Origin: an uncultured Methanosarcinaceae archaeon
GTDB taxonomy: Archaea; Halobacteriota; Methanosarcinia; Methanosarcinales; Methanosarcinaceae
Direction: 5' to 3'
Assembly (NCBI GenBank): GCA_963721455.1
Contig: CAVRJG010000049.1
Coordinates: forward strand, 1-10,199
Length of the DNA: 10,199 nt
Part shown: piece after piece, positions 5,869 through 10,199 of the stretch
How positions within the stretch are numbered: the first letter of the stretch is position 1
Layout of the letters: every line of letters begins with the position of its first letter
The notes under the pieces: generated by a model
The model's input: only the letters and a program-made list of their open reading frames with translations
What the model was told of the DNA's origin: nothing
Database searches by the model: none
Translations under genes and position numbers: made by a program

Positions 5869-7322
5869 ACGACTGATGTTGACGCGATCTATAAAAAGTT
5901 CAACTACGTCATAAGCAAAAAGTATTTCCTGTGAAACACTCAAAAATAAGTGGAAAATATTAGCGAGATTTGCCCGAAGCAAAGGCTCCTGTACTGGTTG
6001 CCAAAAAATTGGGCTTCTCGGATGTAGACGGTGACAGTGTGAAGGTTGCAGACATTACAGATGAGAATAACAATGTTAGTTTTATTGCCAGGATCGTTTC
6101 TGGCTTTGAAGTCAAGGAGTTTACTCGAGACGACGGGACTATTGGAAGAGTCGGAAACCTGATAGTGGGAGATGAGACCGGAAAAATCCGGATAACTCTT
6201 TGGGACAACATTGCAGACCTTATAAAAACGGGGAAAATCAAGGTAGGACAGACCATCCAGATCAGCGGACACGTTAAATTGGGCCATTCAGGGGTAGAGG
6301 TTCATGTCGGAAACAATGATAGCCTGACCGAAAGTGAGGAACAGATTGAAGTGGCCGAAAGGGTTCAGCAGATAAAAGATATTAGGGACAGCATGGGCGA
6401 CCTTAATTTCACTGGAAAAGTCTTAGAAATTTCAGACGTTCGGATTTTTCAGCGCAAAGATGGGACCGCTGGAAAAGTGGGAAACCTACTTATCGGAGAT
6501 TCCACAGGTGCAATTCGGATTATCCTTTGGGATGAAAAAACCGATATTTTAACCAGCGTCAAGTGTGGAGATGCCATAGATATTATCAACGGCTACGCCC
6601 GAGAAAGTGCCTTCAGCCACAAAGTGGAACTGCAGATCGGAAAACAAGGTATAATCCGGAAAAGCGAAAAACAGGTTGAATATGAAGAAAAGTTTCTCCC
6701 GATTGCAGATATAGTGGCTGATATGTATGATATAAATGTTTTTGGAAAAGTGCTTGACATTTCGGCAACGAGAACTTTCGAGAAAAAGAATGGGTCATCT
6801 GGAAGAGTCCGAAATTTCCTGCTGGGCGATGCCACGGGCAAGATAAGTGTTAGCCTCTGGGATGAAAAAATCGATTTATTGGAAGGAGTCAATTTTGACG
6901 AAACTGTAGAAATACTCCATGCTGATTCTCGAGAAAATGTTTTCAGTCAGCAGGTGGAACTGAATCTCGGAGCCAGAGGAGTCATAAGGAAGAGCGAAAA
7001 GACGGTGGAATACAGGGAAAAGTTCACGGATATTGCCAATATCATCCCCGGGAAAAGTTATTCCGTCCAGGGGAAAGTCTCCGAAATCGGGGACCTCCGG
7101 GAATTTGGGCGGGAAGATGAAACCGAAGGTGTGGTTGCAAATCTCGAACTCAAAGACGAAACCGGTAGCATCAAGCTGACTCTCTGGGGAGATCAGGCGT
7201 ATGTAATCGAGAATCTTGATATCGACTCTGAAATCCAGATCATTAACGCTTATGCCAAGAAGGGCTTATATGAAATAACAGAACTTAGTGTGGGAAACCG
7301 GAGCAGAGTGGTTATTCTCTGA
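5869..7322 (+). pseudogene. rpa: Replication protein A (RPA1-type, four OB folds) with a decayed 5' end; 5970-7322 remains open
   Basis: Four OB repeats (GDETGKIRITLWD, GDSTGAIRIILWD, GDATGKISVSLWD, KDETGSIKLTLWG). Upstream frame from ACG at 5869 reads TTDVDAIYKKFNYVISKKYFL*NTQK*VENISEIC, resembling the Methanosarcina RPA1 N-terminus as I recall it, but with a lost ATG, stops at 5932 and 5947 and a frameshift near 5974. Confidence 0.85.
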
Positions 7323-7348
7323 TTTCTTCTCAGATTTCGGTTTTTTAC

Positions 7349-7420
7349 GTATCCTCTTCAAATGTGATGAGTCTTACTTACGCTTCTGCTACTGCCCCTG
7401 GCTGACTCTTGAAGGTCTCA
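7349..7420 (-). mobile_element. Solo terminus of the GTATCCTCTTCAAAT element family, possibly the end of a truncated parental IS
   Basis: 15-bp identity (7349-7363) to the TIR of the 3214-3389 MITE, but a different interior. A short minus-strand frame FETFKSQPGAVAEA* ends just inside it. Confidence 0.45.
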
Positions 7421-7421
7421 A

Positions 7422-7821
7422 ACCAAGCGAGATTGGGCTGGGTTTCTGGAAGAAATTGCACTTCAACAGGAAAACACAGATAAAATTACGCTGGTAATGG
7501 ACAATCTAAACACGCATATTCCAGGATCTCTCTATGAAATATTTCCACCAGCAAAGGCGAAGGCTCTATGGGATAGGTTTGAGTTTGTGTACACACCAAA
7601 ACATGGAAGCTGGTTGAATATGGCAGAGATTGAATTGAATGTACTTACAGGTCAATGTTTAAAAAGGAGAATGGATAACATCGAGGCTGTTAGGAAAGAA
7701 GATTAGCCTGGAAAGTTCAGAAACAACAAAAATGCAAAGGTTAATTGGCAATTCACAACAGAAGATGCAAGGATAAAATTATCACGTCTTTATCCGACAC
7801 TTGAGGATTGACGCGACACTA
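7422..7821 (+). mobile_element. IS630-family transposase 3' remnant with right end
   Basis: Reads TKRDWAGFLEEI...ITLVMDNLNTH...FVYTPKHGSWLNMAEIEL (second D and E of the DDE_3 triad), then a local indel/stop at 7704, then FRNNKNAKVNWQFTTEDARIKLSRLYPTLED* (7811). Ends at GACGCGACACTA, consistent with a TA target. 5' half absent. Confidence 0.92.
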
Positions 7822-7901
7822 GTGCATCGATTCCTAATTATCTCGGTGATAGGAATGATTAACTTTCCTAATTATGAGAGTTTGTTGTCGAGTTGGTTTT
7901 T

Positions 7902-8909
7902 TCATTTTACAGGGACAATAATGTTTCTAAGGTCGGCCAACTCTTTTGCGTAACCTGCAAGCATTAGATCGGTAAAGACCTTTATCATTTCTACATTTTG
8001 ATTATTATTGCCTGATGTCAGGGCTGAAATATATGCTTCCCTAGATTCTTTTGGAATAATCAGTTGTGGATACCTTTCTTTTTTCAAAAGATAATTCAAA
8101 ACTTCACGCCCAGTTCTTCCATTACCATCAGAAAAGGGATGGATCAATTCAAACTTGTAAGTCAACAATATAGCCTGCTCGAAAGGATGCTTTTTATTTT
8201 TAATGGCATCATAATAGCTGTTAATTAGATCCTTCAAGTCTACCTCAATCATATTAGCAAGCGTAACGCTTAGATCACAACCACCTATATAGACAAGGTT
8301 GTGCCTTCTGAAAGTTCCCGGGCTCTCAAAACGCATGTCAATATTATTCATTATCAAAGAGTGCAATTTTCGAATAAACTGCAGATTTACTTTACCTTTG
8401 TACTGTTCCACATAAGCCTTTACATATTTGTAATTTTGAACCTCATTTATTTCTCTCAAAGATTTTTCTTTTGGCACAATCTCTTCATTTAAGAGATAGT
8501 GTGTTTCCTGCAATGTCAATGTGTTTCCTTCTATTGCAGTAGTGCCATGGATATACAAATTTTCGTTTTGCTGTGTATAGACTTCAAGTTCTATTTTGTT
8601 GAGTGATGAAATGTATGAATTGTGTAGGAATCGAAGCTTCTCAATTTTCTTAATTTCTGATTGACTAAGATAATCTGCTGTGTAATGAGAATAAGCCACA
8701 TCTGCTACTTTCTCGGCAGCTTTCAATTCAAGATCATAAGCATAGTCTCTAATGGCTTTTGCTAGGGCTTCAGAAGTAGGCTCAGTGGTGCCTAAATATT
8801 GTCTCACCCTGCTATTCTTTCCCTTAAATGAAATATAGCGTACCAGGAAATACTTAGGGGATCTATTCTCGGACTTTTCTGATTCTGATTCGTACCTTAA
8901 AGGTTCCAT
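7902..8909 (-). CDS. Class II Fic family protein with ~100-aa N-terminal extension, 335 aa
   Basis: Intact ORF with HPFSDGNGRTGR, the inhibitory motif TTAIEGN, and a basic N-terminal segment KYFLVRYISFKGKNSRVRQYLG. Confidence 0.92.
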   Translation of the reverse strand: MEPLRYESESEKSENRSPKYFLVRYISFKGKNSRVRQYLGTTEPTSEALAKAIRDYAYDLELKAAEKVADVAYSHYTADYLSQSEIKKIEKLRFLHNSYISSLNKIELEVYTQQNENLYIHGTTAIEGNTLTLQETHYLLNEEIVPKEKSLREINEVQNYKYVKAYVEQYKGKVNLQFIRKLHSLIMNNIDMRFESPGTFRRHNLVYIGGCDLSVTLANMIEVDLKDLINSYYDAIKNKKHPFEQAILLTYKFELIHPFSDGNGRTGREVLNYLLKKERYPQLIIPKESREAYISALTSGNNNQNVEMIKVFTDLMLAGYAKELADLRNIIVPVK

Positions 8910-8955
8910 GATGCCTAATATGGGTGGCGTACCATTTTACTCTTTTGGTATAACG

Positions 8956-10196
8956 TTCATGTCCACAGACCTCTTGCAGTAAATATAATTTGAATCTTCT
9001 GACATATTTGTAAAAACAAATCAACATCTATAGTTTAGAGGCTAAATACTGCAACTGTAGATGAGTACAAAATGTTATTTTTTGCAGCAATTATAGGCGT
9101 TACTATATGTCTGAAATACATGTTTATAAATGGGAAGATATCCGAAAATATTTTCCACCTGAAAGAGTGGCAGAAATTCGAGCCAAAGTCCTTGAACCGC
9201 GAAAATCTGGAAAATATACCGATAGAGAACTGTGGGAAATGCATGGAATGAGCGAATGCACTTTCTATTATCTTGTTGAAAGAGCAAAAGATGGAAGTAC
9301 AGCAGAAGACTTAAAGGACAGGCCTTCGAAGCCCAAAAATCCATATCGAAAGCTAACGGATGAAGATAAAGCTGAAATAATAAATCTCTTTTTGGATGAT
9401 ACAAACAGAATCGAATCATCTAAACATGCGTTTGTTGATGCAATGGGAAAAACAGCCAATGCCTTAAAACCAGAGAGAGTTCAGCAATTGACGGGATTAA
9501 TGGATAAAGCTGTGAAGGGAGTTCGAAGAATTGCAGCTTCATTCAGTAGAAAAAAGGAGAACAAAAAGAAAGCTCAGTTCGTGTTGGCAAATCATGGGTT
9601 CATCATATTCTTGCTATTGCTGGGCTTACTGGAAAAACAGAAGACGGCTATAAATTCCAAACATCTTCAACGCCCTCAAGAACCATTGAACTCTTTTAAT
9701 ATGGACTATACTCAACGGAGAATTGGAAGTGGCGAGACTGCGTATGCTTTTGGTGTGCTTGATATGTTTAACAGTGGTATCGTAATCCTTGATGCTCATA
9801 AGACAAAATCAGGTGCAAATGTAATAGAATCTCTTCACCAATTACGCAAAATGGTACCAAAGATGTTGTAATAGAGATTCGATCTGATGGAGGTTTGGAG
9901 TTTAATAATGCGACTGTGCGTGAATATTGTAATAAAAATAATATTATACACCATATTCTTCCAAAGGCACATCCGTGGTTAAACGCTTTCATTGAACGAG
10001 CAATAGAGACTTTGCAATATGAATTCATAAATTTACAATACCATGCGACGTTTAATGATTTTCAGAACTTTCTTGTGATTGCGAAAAATGGATACAATTT
10101 ACGTGAGCATTCATCATTCAACTATCGAAGTCCAGTGGAAATATGGATTCTCGGGAGTTTCATTAAGTGTTACTGCAGGAGGTCTGTGGACATGAA
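8956..10196 (+). mobile_element. IS481/IS3-like insertion sequence (~1.24 kb) bounded by 27-bp TIRs
   Basis: TTCATGTCCACAGACCTCTTGCAGTAA (8956-8982) vs 10170-10196 inverted, 26/27. Exact ends are ambiguous: TGT..ACA at 8960/10192, or degenerate ends at 8954/10198. TSD cannot be assessed at the window edge. Confidence 0.88.
9107..10192 (+). pseudogene. Frameshifted HTH plus integrase-core (rve) DDE transposase
   Basis: N-terminal HTH (DRELWEMHGMSECTFYYLVER...LKDRPSKP) and first D in FNMDYT. After a -1 shift near 9860 it reads IRSDGGLEF...PWLNAFIERAIETLQYEF...YNLREHSSFNYRSPVE, supplying the second D and the E. Confidence 0.88.
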
Positions 10197-10199
10197 GAT

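Noticed and set aside
5797-6892. Antisense ORFs over rpa (and similar shadow ORFs over fic, DUF3795 and the transposase)
   Set aside because: Shadow frames of real coding sequence with no independent support.
7704-7706. TAG as pyrrolysine read-through in the IS630 transposase
   Set aside because: Local indels (GA-TTA-GCC-TGG) explain the stop, and the element is 5'-truncated.
9570-9635. Transmembrane helix in the transposase (FIIFLLLLGLL)
   Set aside because: Probably an out-of-frame translation; the -1 frame gives a typical transposase helix.
3888-10199. Retron, DGR or other RT-based system, or RNA-guided transposon
   Set aside because: No reverse transcriptase, TnpB/IscB/Cas or TR/VR pair is visible in the window.

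Overview
AT-rich accessory 'junkyard' region, most likely from a Methanosarcina-like methanogenic archaeon (inferred from the four-OB-fold RPA1-type protein and the group II intron termini). Protein genes: two class II (auto-inhibited) Fic proteins, one frameshifted just before a C-terminal HTH; an intact Cys-rich DUF3795-like gene; a doubly frameshifted membrane-anchored Mrr-type nuclease; a Zn-ribbon/coiled-coil gene; a truncated small Zn-ribbon gene; and an RPA1 copy whose first ~35 codons are decayed while the remaining 450 are open. Mobile DNA: a TIR-bounded, frameshifted IS481/IS3-type DDE element, an IS630 3' remnant, and at least five distinct MITE types, several nested and three with target-site duplications. 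The main feature missed by the ORF track is a complete 759-nt ORF-less group II intron (4646->3888, minus strand). Its EBS1, and a probable EBS2, pair with the end of a ~141-bp IS6-like MITE into which it appears to have inserted. All family assignments come from motif recognition by eye; no database searches were run.
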